64,000 nucleotides of DNA from Candidatus Omnitrophota bacterium. GTDB lineage: Bacteria > Omnitrophota > Gorgyraeia > 1-14-0-20-64-10. The DNA lies in assembly GCA_023248155.1 (NCBI GenBank), contig JAHFFE010000001.1, forward strand, positions 148,873-212,872. The letters run 5' to 3'. Below are positions 27,609 through 41,224 of the stretch, in pieces (positions within the stretch are counted from its first letter, which is position 1; each line of letters opens with the position of its first letter). Under the pieces are notes generated by a model. It was given only the letters and a program-made list of their open reading frames with translations, had not been told where the DNA came from and did no database searches. Position numbers and translations under genes: made by a program.

Positions 27609-28416
27609 AATAGAGACCGCTGCTGCCGCGCATGAAGGCGGCGGAATTCCGCATATCGCCAACTGGCTTTCCTGGTTTGCCCAAAGCCTGGGTGAGCACA
27701 GCCGGCTCGGCCGCTGGATTGAAACCTACGAAGATCTTTTATTCGCCGGCATCGTCATCGTTATCTTAAGCGCCATTTGTTGGGCGGCCAGCCGGAAAAT
27801 GCGGATGGTTCCGCGCGGCCTGCAGAACTTGATGGAATTAATTATCGAATCGCTCAACGATTTTATCGCCCAGATTTTGGGCCCCGACGCCCGCGAGCAC
27901 ACCCCGTTTGTCGGAGCGCTCTTCCTCTATATCTGGATCATGAATTTGATCGGACTGGTTCCCGGGTTCAAATCGCCGACGGCCAACTTAAACACAACGC
28001 TCGGCCTGGCGATCTGCGTTTTCGTCTACGTGCAGTGGATCGGCCTTCGCAATTTTGGCATCAAAGGTTATTTCTCGCATATGATGGAAAACCCTCCCGA
28101 CGCGCTGATGTTCGTGATTGGTTTGATCTTTATTCTGCCGGTGCACATCGTGGGAGAACTGGTCAAGCCGATCTCGCTGGCGATGCGGTTGGGCTTCAAC
28201 ATCACCGGCGAGGACGCGTTCCTGGCGGTGGCCGTCGGGTTCGGCCCGTTTGGAATTATTTTGCAGCTCATTGCCATGGGATTGTCGCTGATTTGCGCGA
28301 CGGCCCAGGCGCTGGTGTTCAGCACGCTGAGCACCGTTTTTATCAGTCAGATGTGCGCGCACCACGGGGATGACGATGCGCATGCCCCGGAAAACGCGCA
28401 CGCGCTTAAACACTAA
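27601..28416 (+). CDS. atpB: F0F1 ATP synthase subunit a
   Basis: 271 aa; conserved Arg in helix 4 (LAMRLGFNI); His-rich C-terminal tail. Confidence 0.9.
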   Translation: MSEIETAAAAHEGGGIPHIANWLSWFAQSLGEHSRLGRWIETYEDLLFAGIVIVILSAICWAASRKMRMVPRGLQNLMELIIESLNDFIAQILGPDAREHTPFVGALFLYIWIMNLIGLVPGFKSPTANLNTTLGLAICVFVYVQWIGLRNFGIKGYFSHMMENPPDALMFVIGLIFILPVHIVGELVKPISLAMRLGFNITGEDAFLAVAVGFGPFGIILQLIAMGLSLICATAQALVFSTLSTVFISQMCAHHGDDDAHAPENAHALKH

Positions 28417-28434
28417 CAGGAGGAATACGAAACA

Positions 28435-28677
28435 ATGTTCGCGACGATTGAAACTTCAGCTGTGTTGGGATTTGCGCTTCCGTTCGGTTTGACGCTGGCG
28501 GCCATCGCCTGCGCGACGGCGCTGGGACGGGCGGTTTCTTCGGCGATGGATGCCATCGCGCGTCAGCCGGAAGCGGCCCAGAAGATTCAGGGCGCCATGG
28601 TGATCGGATGCGCCTTCATCGAAGCGCTCACCATCTATGCGCTGGTGACCGTGTTCGTTCTGCAGGGCAAGATCTAG
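28435..28677 (+). CDS. atpE: F0F1 ATP synthase subunit c
   Basis: 80-aa hairpin; ARQPE loop; conserved carboxylate E in AFIEALTIYALV. This is an H+-type site because there is no Ser/Thr after the E. Confidence 0.9.
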   Translation: MFATIETSAVLGFALPFGLTLAAIACATALGRAVSSAMDAIARQPEAAQKIQGAMVIGCAFIEALTIYALVTVFVLQGKI

Positions 28678-28686
28678 CCGCTTGAT

Positions 28687-29181
28687 ATGAATGTAGATCC
28701 GATTCAAATTCTGTTTCACGCGATTGGGTTCCTGATCCTGCTGGCGATCCTGCGCAAATTTGCGTGGGGATCGCTGCAGGGGATGCTTGATGCGCGGACT
28801 GAAAAGATCGCCGGCGAGTTCAAGGCGATCGAACAGACCAAGCACGAGCTGGCCAAATTGAAAGACGAGTACCAGGCCAGCATCGCCCGGATCGAGGATG
28901 AAGCCCGCGCTAAGATTCAGGCGGCCGTAGGCGAGGGGCGCCGCGTCGCCGAGGAAATCGAGAAGCAGGCCCGGCTTGGCGCCGAGCAGACGCTCGAGAA
29001 AACCAAGGAAGCGGTGGCTCTGGAAATCGCCAAGGCGCGCGCCGAACTGCGCGATCAGGTGGTCGATCTGGCCATTCAGGCGACGCACAAGGTTCTGCAG
29101 CAGCACCTCGACGAGGAAACCGACCGCCGCATGATCGAAGCGTTTATTCGCGAGATTGAGACGATCGATACCTCGAAATGA
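28687..29181 (+). CDS. atpF: F0F1 ATP synthase subunit b
   Basis: N-terminal TM helix followed by a long charged coiled coil. Confidence 0.85.
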   Translation: MNVDPIQILFHAIGFLILLAILRKFAWGSLQGMLDARTEKIAGEFKAIEQTKHELAKLKDEYQASIARIEDEARAKIQAAVGEGRRVAEEIEKQARLGAEQTLEKTKEAVALEIAKARAELRDQVVDLAIQATHKVLQQHLDEETDRRMIEAFIREIETIDTSK

Positions 29182-29780
29182 CCCAGTTGTCCGCCGATTT
29201 TCAGGTTGCCCGACGGTACGCCGAGGCGTTTGTGAATACGCTCGAGGCGTCCAACCGTCTGGATGCCGGCCTGGAAGAATTGAAATCGGTCAGCGCGATT
29301 TATTCTTCGTCGAAACAGTTTCAGCGGTTTCTCGGTTCGCCGGAAATCGCGACGGAAGACAAATCAAGAGTACTGGGCCGGGTCTACGCTGAGGCGTGTG
29401 GTGGCGTCCATTCCGATGACGCCAGCCGGTGCGCCGATGTCGGAACCGAAACGCGCGCGCTGCTCGATTTGCTGCTGCGCTGGGACCGCATTGACCAGCT
29501 GCCGGCTGTTTACAGCCAGGCCGTGAAAGTGGCCGAACTGCGCCGCAACATTTATCGCGGCACGGTGACGACGGCGCACCCGGTTTCATCGGCCGAGGTC
29601 GAGCGGCTCAATCAAGCCGTCGGCAAGGCGCTCGGAAAGAAAGTTATTTTGGAACGGCAGGTCAATCCGTCGCTGCTGGGCGGCGCCCAGATCGCGATCG
29701 GTACGAATTTGTTGGACGGCTCGGTCAGCAGCCGATTGAAAGAATTGTCCCGGCAGTTGAAAGAAATCAAAGTCGCTTAA
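29178..29780 (+). CDS. atpH: F0F1 ATP synthase subunit delta
   Basis: 200 aa, placed between b and alpha; OSCP-like. Confidence 0.8.
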   Translation: MTQLSADFQVARRYAEAFVNTLEASNRLDAGLEELKSVSAIYSSSKQFQRFLGSPEIATEDKSRVLGRVYAEACGGVHSDDASRCADVGTETRALLDLLLRWDRIDQLPAVYSQAVKVAELRRNIYRGTVTTAHPVSSAEVERLNQAVGKALGKKVILERQVNPSLLGGAQIAIGTNLLDGSVSSRLKELSRQLKEIKVA

Positions 29781-29793
29781 AAGGAATAACGCT

Positions 29794-33593
<3,800 letters not shown>

Positions 33594-33608
33594 CAGACAA
33601 AAAATCCG

Positions 33609-33875
33609 ATGGCAAACAAAGATTTTTCGATCGAGATTTTTACGCCGAAGAAACGGATCTTCAGCGGTTCGGCCGTGTCGGTAATCGCGCCGGGTGCGCT
33701 GGGTTACCTGGGCATTTTGCATAATCATGCGCCGCTGATGACCACGCTGGTGCCGGGCAACCTGATTGTGCGTAACGATTCCGGTGAAACCACCATATTC
33801 AAGTCGCAGGGCGAAGGATTTTTGGAAGTCTTTCATAATAAAGTCACTGTTCTTGCGGAGAAGATCGCCGAGTAA
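33609..33875 (+). CDS. atpC: F0F1 ATP synthase subunit epsilon, short form (beta-sandwich only)
   Basis: 88 aa covering the N-terminal beta-sandwich; the usual C-terminal two-helix domain is absent. Confidence 0.8.
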   Translation: MANKDFSIEIFTPKKRIFSGSAVSVIAPGALGYLGILHNHAPLMTTLVPGNLIVRNDSGETTIFKSQGEGFLEVFHNKVTVLAEKIAE

Positions 33876-33887
33876 AGGAGGGGGCAG

Positions 33888-35258
33888 GTGAAGCAGCTTC
33901 CCTGGTTTTTCGGTTTACTGGCGTTGATCGGTTTGTCGGCCCGCTTGGCGCATTTTAGTTCGTCGCAAATCCTTGCCGTCACGGTTTTTGCCAGTTTCAT
34001 TTTGGGCACCTTGTTTTACTGGCAATTCCGCCTCGCATTCGCGTTGATGGGTGCCGCATCGCTGCTGACGCTCAAGTTAATCGATATTCCGCATCTGATC
34101 GAATTCTGCAACATCGACATCATCCTGTTTCTGATCGCGATGATGACCGTGATCGGATTTCTGGAAGAACGGAAATTTTTCGAAGTGCTGCTGGAAAAAC
34201 TGCTCGACAAAATCAGCCATCGCCCCCGGCTGTTTTTTCCGACGATGATGGCCCTTTCGATGCTGACGGCCGCGCTGGTCGATGAGGTAACCTCGATTTT
34301 GTTTATGACGTCGTTGACGCTGCATCTAACGCGCCGGCTTAAACTGGAGCCGTTTCCCTTTATTGTGATGATTGTGCTGGCCACCAATGTCGGTTCCAGC
34401 GCGACGGTGGTAGGCAATCCGATCGGCGTTCTGATCGCGTTGCGCGCCGGCTTAAGCTTCTCAGATTTTTTACGGTGGGCCACGCCGATTTCTCTGGTTT
34501 GTCTGGTTGCGGCCATCGGCATCTGCTTGCTCTATTTTCGCGATCCGCTTGAGAAAATGGCCGAGGGTGTCGCGCTGGCGCGCGAAAAAGCGCTGGACGA
34601 AGGCCGTTGGAGTAAAAAAGAATTCCGCCTGGCCTGCTGGATTTTCGCCGCGACCGTGGCCGGACTGGTGATTCATCATCAGGCGGAGCATTTACTGCAG
34701 CTGCCCAAGAACACGCTGCTGATCGCGTTCCCATTCTTGATGGCCGGCATCTGCCTGTTGATTCAGGGCGAACGCGCGCGGGAATTAGTGGAAAAACGGG
34801 TCGACTGGTGGACGCTGGTTTTCTTTTTAATGTTGTTTGCGTCGGTCGGCACGCTGCGCTATGTCGGTGTAACCGACCGGATTGCCGAGGGACTTGCTTC
34901 GATGGCCGGCGGGAATGAGGTCCTGTTCCTGGCGCTGATCCTCGTCATTTCTGCCATTCTGACGGCTTTTCTGGACAATATCCTGGTGGTGGCTACGTTT
35001 ATTCCCATTGTTTCCGGCCTGGCCGCGCAGGGCGTCTCAGCCGCGCCGCTCTGGTGGGCGTTGTTGTTCGGCGGCACGCTGGGTGGTAACGCCACGATGA
35101 TCGGTTCTACGGCCAATGTGGTGGCCATCGGCATGTTGGAAAAAGAAAAGCACCCGATCCGCTTCTCGCAATGGCTGGGGCCCGGACTTGCCGTCACCAT
35201 TCCTACGCTGATCATCGCGTTTCTGTTGCTTTGGCTGCAGCTTCCTTTAATGAAGTAA
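33888..35258 (+). CDS. ArsB/NhaD family ion permease
   Basis: 456 aa, about 12 TM helices; ATNVGSSATVVGNPIG motif of the ArsB/NhaD permease family. Confidence 0.7.
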   Translation: MKQLPWFFGLLALIGLSARLAHFSSSQILAVTVFASFILGTLFYWQFRLAFALMGAASLLTLKLIDIPHLIEFCNIDIILFLIAMMTVIGFLEERKFFEVLLEKLLDKISHRPRLFFPTMMALSMLTAALVDEVTSILFMTSLTLHLTRRLKLEPFPFIVMIVLATNVGSSATVVGNPIGVLIALRAGLSFSDFLRWATPISLVCLVAAIGICLLYFRDPLEKMAEGVALAREKALDEGRWSKKEFRLACWIFAATVAGLVIHHQAEHLLQLPKNTLLIAFPFLMAGICLLIQGERARELVEKRVDWWTLVFFLMLFASVGTLRYVGVTDRIAEGLASMAGGNEVLFLALILVISAILTAFLDNILVVATFIPIVSGLAAQGVSAAPLWWALLFGGTLGGNATMIGSTANVVAIGMLEKEKHPIRFSQWLGPGLAVTIPTLIIAFLLLWLQLPLMK

Positions 35259-35279
35259 TGAATCGAGGATACGAGATTA

Positions 35280-35738
35280 ATGGCTGACTTGACCGTTGGA
35301 AAGAAAGCGCCCGATTTTACGGTGGTCGATGACCAGGGAAAAGAAATCTCTTTAAAGGAACTGAAAGGCAAGAAAGTCGTTCTTTATTTTTACCCGAAAG
35401 ATGATACTCCGGGCTGCACAAAAGAAGCCTGCGCGTTCCGGGACGGCATCGCGCAGATCAAAAAGAAGGGCGCCGTGGTATTGGGCGTCAGCGCCGACTC
35501 GATTGATTCGCATGGAAAATTCAAAAAGAAATTCGATCTGAACTTTCCGCTGCTCAGCGATCCGGATAAAAAATTGATTCAGGATTACGGCGTCTGGAAA
35601 GAAAAATCGATGTACGGCAAAAAATACATGGGCATCGAGCGAACCACCGTGATTATCGATGAGCAGGGGAAAGTCGCCCAGCTCTTTCCGAAAGTGAAGG
35701 TCGACGGTCATTTTGATGAAGTGATGGAGGCTCTGTAA
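35280..35738 (+). CDS. bcp: thioredoxin-dependent thiol peroxidase (peroxiredoxin Q/Bcp)
   Basis: [13 protein letters not shown] peroxidatic Cys motif. Confidence 0.9.
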   Translation: MADLTVGKKAPDFTVVDDQGKEISLKELKGKKVVLYFYPKDDTPGCTKEACAFRDGIAQIKKKGAVVLGVSADSIDSHGKFKKKFDLNFPLLSDPDKKLIQDYGVWKEKSMYGKKYMGIERTTVIIDEQGKVAQLFPKVKVDGHFDEVMEAL

Positions 35739-35749
35739 AGGCGGGTCCG

Positions 35750-36457
35750 ATGGCAACTGTTCTCGTTTTCCAGCATGCCGCGCCCGAAACGCTGGGCGTT
35801 ATTGCCGATGCGCTCGACGATCGCGGCCTGAAAACAAAGTATGTCCACTCGTTCCTTGAGGAGCCGACGCCCGCTTCCATGGACGAATTTGACGCGCTTA
35901 TTATCATGGGCGGGCCGATGGGTGTTTATGATCAGGGCCGTATGCCGTTTTTAAAGGCCGAAATGAAACTGATCGAGCAGGCGCTTAAAGCAAAAAAGCC
36001 GATCCTGGGCATTTGCCTCGGCAGCCAGATGCTGGCTTCGGTGCTGGGGTCCAACATTGTTCGCCGCAAAGAGCGTGAAATCGGCTGGCACCGCGTACGG
36101 TTGTCCGAACAGGGGATTTTTGATCCGCTGTTGAAATCGATTGAGCCGGAATTCATGGCATTCCACTGGCACCGCGATATCTTCGACCTTCCGCAGGGGG
36201 CCGTTTCATTGGTTTCTTCCGATATGACCGAACATCAAGCCTTCCGTTCCGGCGACAATGCCTATGGATTCTTGTGCCATATGGAAATCACCGAAAATAT
36301 GATTCGCGAAATGATCCGCTCATTCTCCAATGAATTGGACGAAGAGCGGATGGATCCCGCCACATTGATGGAGCAGGGGCTCCAGTATCATCCGCCGCTG
36401 GAACGGATCGGCAAGGAATTGTTCGGCCGCTGGGCCGAGCTGCTGATCAAGAAATAG
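35750..36457 (+). CDS. class I glutamine amidotransferase-like protein
   Basis: GICLGSQMLA nucleophile elbow; 235 aa. Confidence 0.8.
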   Translation: MATVLVFQHAAPETLGVIADALDDRGLKTKYVHSFLEEPTPASMDEFDALIIMGGPMGVYDQGRMPFLKAEMKLIEQALKAKKPILGICLGSQMLASVLGSNIVRRKEREIGWHRVRLSEQGIFDPLLKSIEPEFMAFHWHRDIFDLPQGAVSLVSSDMTEHQAFRSGDNAYGFLCHMEITENMIREMIRSFSNELDEERMDPATLMEQGLQYHPPLERIGKELFGRWAELLIKK

Positions 36458-36526
36458 CGCAAAAATCCTTTTTATGTGGCATAGTTCAGCTGAGTTCACA
36501 TAGATAAATAGGGAGGCGCGCCGCAG

Positions 36527-36922
36527 ATGAACAAAATGATTCGAGGTTTTCTCTTTTCCGCTTTGGCAACTGTCTCTGCCGTTTCGATTGCCACGGCCGC
36601 GATTGATTCGGTTGCAGTAGCCGCGTCGCAGGTGATCACACTGCAAATTCAGGGGCTTGCTCAAGAGGAAGCGATGGATCTTGAGCATGGTCTGGGTGCC
36701 GTGCCGGGTGTTTCTTTGGTGAAAGTCAGTTCTGATCTGGGCGTAGCCGTAGTGGTTTATGATCCGGTTCAGGTAAAACCAGATCTATTAAGCCAAAAAG
36801 TGCAAGAAGCCGGCCACTTGGCGTCATTCGCGAAAGCCAATTACAAATGTCCAAAATGTACGGCTGCTTATGAGAAGGCCGGCGACTGTATTGTTTGCCA
36901 TATTCCGACAGAAAAGGTCTGA
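36527..36922 (+). CDS. secreted hypothetical protein with C-terminal CxxC...CxxC
   Basis: Signal peptide, an HMA-like ferredoxin-fold region, and a C-terminal CPKC...CIVC motif. Confidence 0.5.
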   Translation: MNKMIRGFLFSALATVSAVSIATAAIDSVAVAASQVITLQIQGLAQEEAMDLEHGLGAVPGVSLVKVSSDLGVAVVVYDPVQVKPDLLSQKVQEAGHLASFAKANYKCPKCTAAYEKAGDCIVCHIPTEKV

Positions 36923-36981
36923 TTGTAAATAGTCGCCGTTTTTTCTTGATCTGGAAATAAAAGTATTATAAAGTAATACCT

Positions 36982-37242
36982 ATGGTCAGGAAAAAAGAGG
37001 AAGTGATTACCTTCAAGACGGATGGCGCTCTGCTCTCGGCCCTCAAGCAGATGCCGAATCGATCCGAATTCATCCGCACGGCGCTTTTGGCGGCCATGGA
37101 CAATTTATGTCCGCTCTGTAACGGCCGTGGAGTCCTTTCCCCGTCGAAGAAAGAACATTGGGATGAATTTGCGCGCAATCATCCCCTGCAGGAATGCGGT
37201 GACTGCCACGAAGTGACGCTTGTCTGCGAAGAAAAACATTAA
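36982..37242 (+). CDS. ribbon-helix-helix DNA-binding protein with C-terminal Cys4/His motif (candidate metal-responsive regulator)
   Basis: 86 aa; N-terminal RHH-like FIRTALLAAMDN region; a CPLC ... CGDCH pair suggests a metal site. Confidence 0.5.
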   Translation: MVRKKEEVITFKTDGALLSALKQMPNRSEFIRTALLAAMDNLCPLCNGRGVLSPSKKEHWDEFARNHPLQECGDCHEVTLVCEEKH

Positions 37243-37243
37243 A

Positions 37244-37534
37244 ATGAAGAAACTGCTTGTCTTTGTATTAATATCCGCATGGACGGCGCTCGGAATTGCC
37301 GCCGTATTGCCGCATTCCCATGCTGGAGAAAAAGGACAGGCTCATCAGGCCACCCATCTTTCCTGTGTGATTTGCCAGGCGCAGTCGATTCAGCCGGTTC
37401 AAAGCACAACACCTGTTGTTTCCGCTCCGGCACTGGTTTCTTTTTCTGTTGTTTTCGAGAAAATTGATTCTCCCGCTGTTCCCGTTACCGCATTCTGCTT
37501 TTCCAGCAGGGCCCCTCCCGTAACCCTTTTTTAG
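37244..37534 (+). CDS. small secreted hypothetical protein with His-rich segment
   Basis: Signal peptide MKKLLVFVLISAWTALGIAA, then HSHAGEKGQAHQATHLSCVIC. Confidence 0.45.
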   Translation: MKKLLVFVLISAWTALGIAAVLPHSHAGEKGQAHQATHLSCVICQAQSIQPVQSTTPVVSAPALVSFSVVFEKIDSPAVPVTAFCFSSRAPPVTLF

Positions 37535-37581
37535 CGTTTAAAGGGTTGTTTTCACAAATTATTTCTTAACGGAGGAATTCC

Positions 37582-38832
37582 ATGTCTGAACGATTTCTTT
37601 TAAGAGCAATAAGCTCCCTGCTTATTTTCAGTTTTGCGTTTGGTTTTCCATCAATGGCGATGGCCGAGGAATCGGTCGCCGAACTTAAAGAAGAGCTGGC
37701 CCAAATGCGCCATTCTATGGAGCGGATGCAGGCCCGCCTCGACGAATTAGAAAGAAAAGCAGCTGCGCCACAGCCGGAGATTGTTTCTTCTCCAGTCAGC
37801 CGGCCGGCGCCTGCGGGTCAAATAGGGGCCTCGATGCCGGAGATCGGTGTCGTGGCTGATTTTGTGGCGACTGCTTCCGAGAGTAAATCCGATCTGGAAG
37901 GAAACAACCGCCTGGCTGCGCGCGAGGTTGAAATAGTCGTCGGTGGGTATGTTGATCCGTACTCGCGGATGGATGCCACGCTCGCGTTTTCCGATTTTGA
38001 GGAAGCGGCACTGGAAGAAGCCTACCTTACCCGATGGGGTTTACCGTTTGATTTGACGGCACGCGTCGGGCGGTTCTCACCGCGGGCCGGAAAACAGGCC
38101 GCATTGCACCGCGATTCGCTGGAAACAGTCGATGAACCGTTGGTGATCCGCAACTTTTTCGGCGCCGAAGGGTACCGGCGGTCCGGAGTCGATTTCGCGC
38201 GCGCGCTCGAAGGACCGGCTGGTCTTTTTATTGAGCCGAGCGTTGGCATATTGGAAGGCGGTATCGGAGAAGGCGGCAATCTGTTCGGTGAAACGCGCCG
38301 CCGGCCGACCTTCATCAGCCATCTGAAAACGGCCAAAGATTTGACCGATTCGTCAAATCTGGAGCTTGGCCTAACCCATATGGTTGGTTCCAAAGATGCT
38401 GACGCGGCGTTTGAAGTGAATATGCTGGGCGCTGACGCCACGTACATCAATCGGCTCAACGGCGTCAACCGGCTGAAACTGCAAAGCGAGTTTTTTCTGC
38501 AGCACCGCGATGAGGCATTCAGCATCGACGACACGACCGGCGAAAATACGCAGTTCGACCGCAACCCGTGGGGTGCGTACGCGCTGGCCGAATACAAATT
38601 CGCGCCGCGCTGGGCGATCGGCGCGCGTGCCGATCATGCGCGCATCGTCGACGCTGCGGCACCCCGGCATGCCGATCAGGGATACAGCGGGTTTCTGACA
38701 TTTTTCCAGAGCGAGTGGGCCCGCTGGCGTTTGCAATTCCGCCATGAAGACCGGGCCAGTGAGAAAGCCGAAGATGCGGTTTTTTTGCAGGGTACATTCG
38801 CACTGGGCACGCACAAGCACAAACTTCAGTAG
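37582..38832 (+). CDS. putative outer-membrane porin-like protein
   Basis: Signal peptide, an N-terminal coiled-coil segment, then an alternating beta-strand-like pattern; 416 aa. Confidence 0.45.
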   Translation: MSERFLLRAISSLLIFSFAFGFPSMAMAEESVAELKEELAQMRHSMERMQARLDELERKAAAPQPEIVSSPVSRPAPAGQIGASMPEIGVVADFVATASESKSDLEGNNRLAAREVEIVVGGYVDPYSRMDATLAFSDFEEAALEEAYLTRWGLPFDLTARVGRFSPRAGKQAALHRDSLETVDEPLVIRNFFGAEGYRRSGVDFARALEGPAGLFIEPSVGILEGGIGEGGNLFGETRRRPTFISHLKTAKDLTDSSNLELGLTHMVGSKDADAAFEVNMLGADATYINRLNGVNRLKLQSEFFLQHRDEAFSIDDTTGENTQFDRNPWGAYALAEYKFAPRWAIGARADHARIVDAAAPRHADQGYSGFLTFFQSEWARWRLQFRHEDRASEKAEDAVFLQGTFALGTHKHKLQ

Positions 38833-38851
38833 AAAAAAGGAAATCATTCAA

Positions 38852-39799
38852 ATGAAAACAAAAGAAATAACGAGATTGCTTCCGGCGTCGTTTTTCCTCG
38901 CCGTCGCAATGACCATATTCGTAATAGTCTCTCAGGCGTCAGCGGCTCAACCGTTGCGCGTGGTCACCACGCTTTCCACATTCGCGGACCTTGTCAAACA
39001 GGTGGGGGGCGACGATGTCGAAGTGGCTTATGTCGCGCCGCCGAAATTCAACCCGCATTTTATCGAAGCGCGCCCCAGTGATGTTTTAAAAATAAAGAAA
39101 GCCGATCTGTTTGTCCACGCCGGACTGGATCTTGAGGCGTGGCGTGATCCGCTGCTGGATGCGGCCGGCAATCCAAACGCGTTTCCGGGACAGAGCGGCA
39201 GTCTGGATCTTTCCAAAGGAATCGCCTTGCTGGAGGTGCCGGACAAGCCGTTGAACCGGCTGATGGGCGATATCCATCTGTATGGAAACCCGCATTACTG
39301 GCTCGATCCGGAAAACGGGCGCCTGATGGCTAAAACGATTTGCGACAAGTTGTGCGAGATGGATCCGGCGCATTGTGATCCATACCATGCCCGCCTCGAG
39401 AGTTTTCTGAAAAAGCTGGATCAAAAAGAAACCGAATGGAAACCGTTGCTGGCGGTGCTGCACGGTAAAGAACTGCTGGCCTACCATAACGAGTGGCCTT
39501 ACTTGGCCAGTTATGCCGGTTTTGAAACCCGACAATTTCTAGAACCGAAGCCGGGGATTCCGCCTTCGCCCAAACAGCTGGCTTTTTTACAGAACTACAT
39601 CGCGCAAAAACAGATTAAAGCGATTATCCAGCCGACCTATTACCCGAAAGATAATTCCGGCCGGCTGGCTCAGCGGACCGGGGCCAGGCTGGTGGTCATT
39701 TGCCAGAATGTGGGCGAGCTTCCTCAGGCGTCCGATTATCTCTTGATGATCGATTATGATTTGCGGCAAATCGCCGCGACAATGGAGGCAAAACCATGA
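38852..39799 (+). CDS. metal (Zn/Mn) ABC transporter substrate-binding protein, ZnuA/TroA family
   Basis: TroA-like fold with conserved His ligand regions (FNPHFIEARPSDV...DIHLYGNPHYWLDP); signal peptide; ATG at 38852 with an RBS. Confidence 0.8.
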   Translation: MKTKEITRLLPASFFLAVAMTIFVIVSQASAAQPLRVVTTLSTFADLVKQVGGDDVEVAYVAPPKFNPHFIEARPSDVLKIKKADLFVHAGLDLEAWRDPLLDAAGNPNAFPGQSGSLDLSKGIALLEVPDKPLNRLMGDIHLYGNPHYWLDPENGRLMAKTICDKLCEMDPAHCDPYHARLESFLKKLDQKETEWKPLLAVLHGKELLAYHNEWPYLASYAGFETRQFLEPKPGIPPSPKQLAFLQNYIAQKQIKAIIQPTYYPKDNSGRLAQRTGARLVVICQNVGELPQASDYLLMIDYDLRQIAATMEAKP

Positions 39800-40614
39800 A
39801 TGATTTTTTTCATCTGATGGCAGCGCCATTCGCCGCCTGTTTGGTGCTGACCGGCATTCACGCCTATCTGGGACTGCACGTGATTGAGCGCGGCGTGATC
39901 TTCGTCGATCTGGCGCTGGCGCAGATTGCCGCGCTGGGGGCAACGCTGGGGTTTTTGCTGGGGTTTGGCCTGCACAGCAGTGCCGGCTATCTGTTCGCGC
40001 TCGGGTTTACATTTTTAGGTGCTGTGATCTTTGCGCTGACCCGGTTTCGCGAGGAAAAAATTCCGCACGAAGCGATCATCGGCGTGGTTTACGCGGTTGC
40101 TTCCGCCGCCGTGATTCTGGTGTTAAGCCGCGCGCCCGAAGGCGGAGAAGAATTGAAAGAACTGCTGGTCGGACATCTATTGCTGGTTGGCTGGCCCGAG
40201 GTTTTTAAAGTGGCTGTTATTTACGGCGGCATCGGCCTGCTGCACTGGCTGTTTAGAAAACCGCTGTTGGCCATTTCTAGAAATCCGGAACAGGCATTCG
40301 CCAACGGAATACCGGTGCGCGCATGGGATCTGTTTTTCTATGTCACTTTTGGTGTTGTAGTGACTAGTTCCGTTGCCATGGGAGGCGTGTTGCTGGTCTT
40401 CAGTTTTTTAATCGTGCCGGCAATTTGCGGTGCGTTGCTGGCGCAGTCGGTGGGCCGCCGGCTCTGCGTTGGATGGGGGATCGGCGCGTTAGCCAGCATG
40501 CTGGGCATTGTTGTTTCGTATTATGCTGATTTGCCGACGGGCGCCTCAATCGTTTGTTTGTTTGGGCTGGTTCTTGTAGTTGTGGGACTGCTTCACCGCT
40601 TGCGCTTGATATAA
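39796..40614 (+). CDS. metal ABC transporter permease, ZnuB/TroCD family
   Basis: 272 aa with 8-9 TM helices; start overlaps the substrate-binding-protein gene stop. Confidence 0.8.
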   Translation: MNDFFHLMAAPFAACLVLTGIHAYLGLHVIERGVIFVDLALAQIAALGATLGFLLGFGLHSSAGYLFALGFTFLGAVIFALTRFREEKIPHEAIIGVVYAVASAAVILVLSRAPEGGEELKELLVGHLLLVGWPEVFKVAVIYGGIGLLHWLFRKPLLAISRNPEQAFANGIPVRAWDLFFYVTFGVVVTSSVAMGGVLLVFSFLIVPAICGALLAQSVGRRLCVGWGIGALASMLGIVVSYYADLPTGASIVCLFGLVLVVVGLLHRLRLI

Positions 40615-40621
40615 TAGAAAG

Positions 40622-41056
40622 ATGAATGGGTTTCAAAGAGCGGGGATAGCCGCGCTGGCGGCACTGTTTGTTTTTTCCGGTTTTCCGGTTATGGAGCGGA
40701 GCATTCCGGCGGCCGAGGCTAAGCCGGTTGTTTCAGGTCATGACGGTTGCTGCGGTTCCGGCATGAAAAACTGCTGCTGTTCCGGGACGGAAAACTGCGG
40801 AACTTGCTCCGGGCATGCGGCGAAGAAAACGATCGAAGCATCCTCAGAAACGATCGGTCCTCATTGGGCGGCTTGTCCCGGTCCCTCTTCAAAGAAATTA
40901 GCGCTGATTACCGGCTTGCGCGAAATCGCTCCTCCCGCTTCTGTTTCGTTCAGTGAATTGCCTTGTCAGCATGCTCCCAATAAATCAGAGCGCCATTCTC
41001 CGGACTCGCTCGCTTTCTCTCCCGATACGCCTCCTCCTCGAAAAGATTCCGTCTAA
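40622..41056 (+). CDS. secreted Cys-rich putative metal-binding protein
   Basis: Signal-peptide-like N-terminus; 15 Cys in a 45-aa block (GHDGCCGSGMKNCCCSGTENCGTCSGH). Confidence 0.5.
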   Translation: MNGFQRAGIAALAALFVFSGFPVMERSIPAAEAKPVVSGHDGCCGSGMKNCCCSGTENCGTCSGHAAKKTIEASSETIGPHWAACPGPSSKKLALITGLREIAPPASVSFSELPCQHAPNKSERHSPDSLAFSPDTPPPRKDSV

Positions 41057-41224
41057 AAATAAGATTTTTCCGGCCACGGGTCCTGTCGCTCGGGGACACT
41101 CTCCGCCGTCCGTGCTCGCTTCGCTGCGCGCGTGGCGGCAGAGGCCTCTCCCGCCCGCGTCACCCCTGGCCTAGAATTTGTGATTTCGATTTCTTAACCG
41201 GTTTTATTCTTGGGGGATTTTTCA

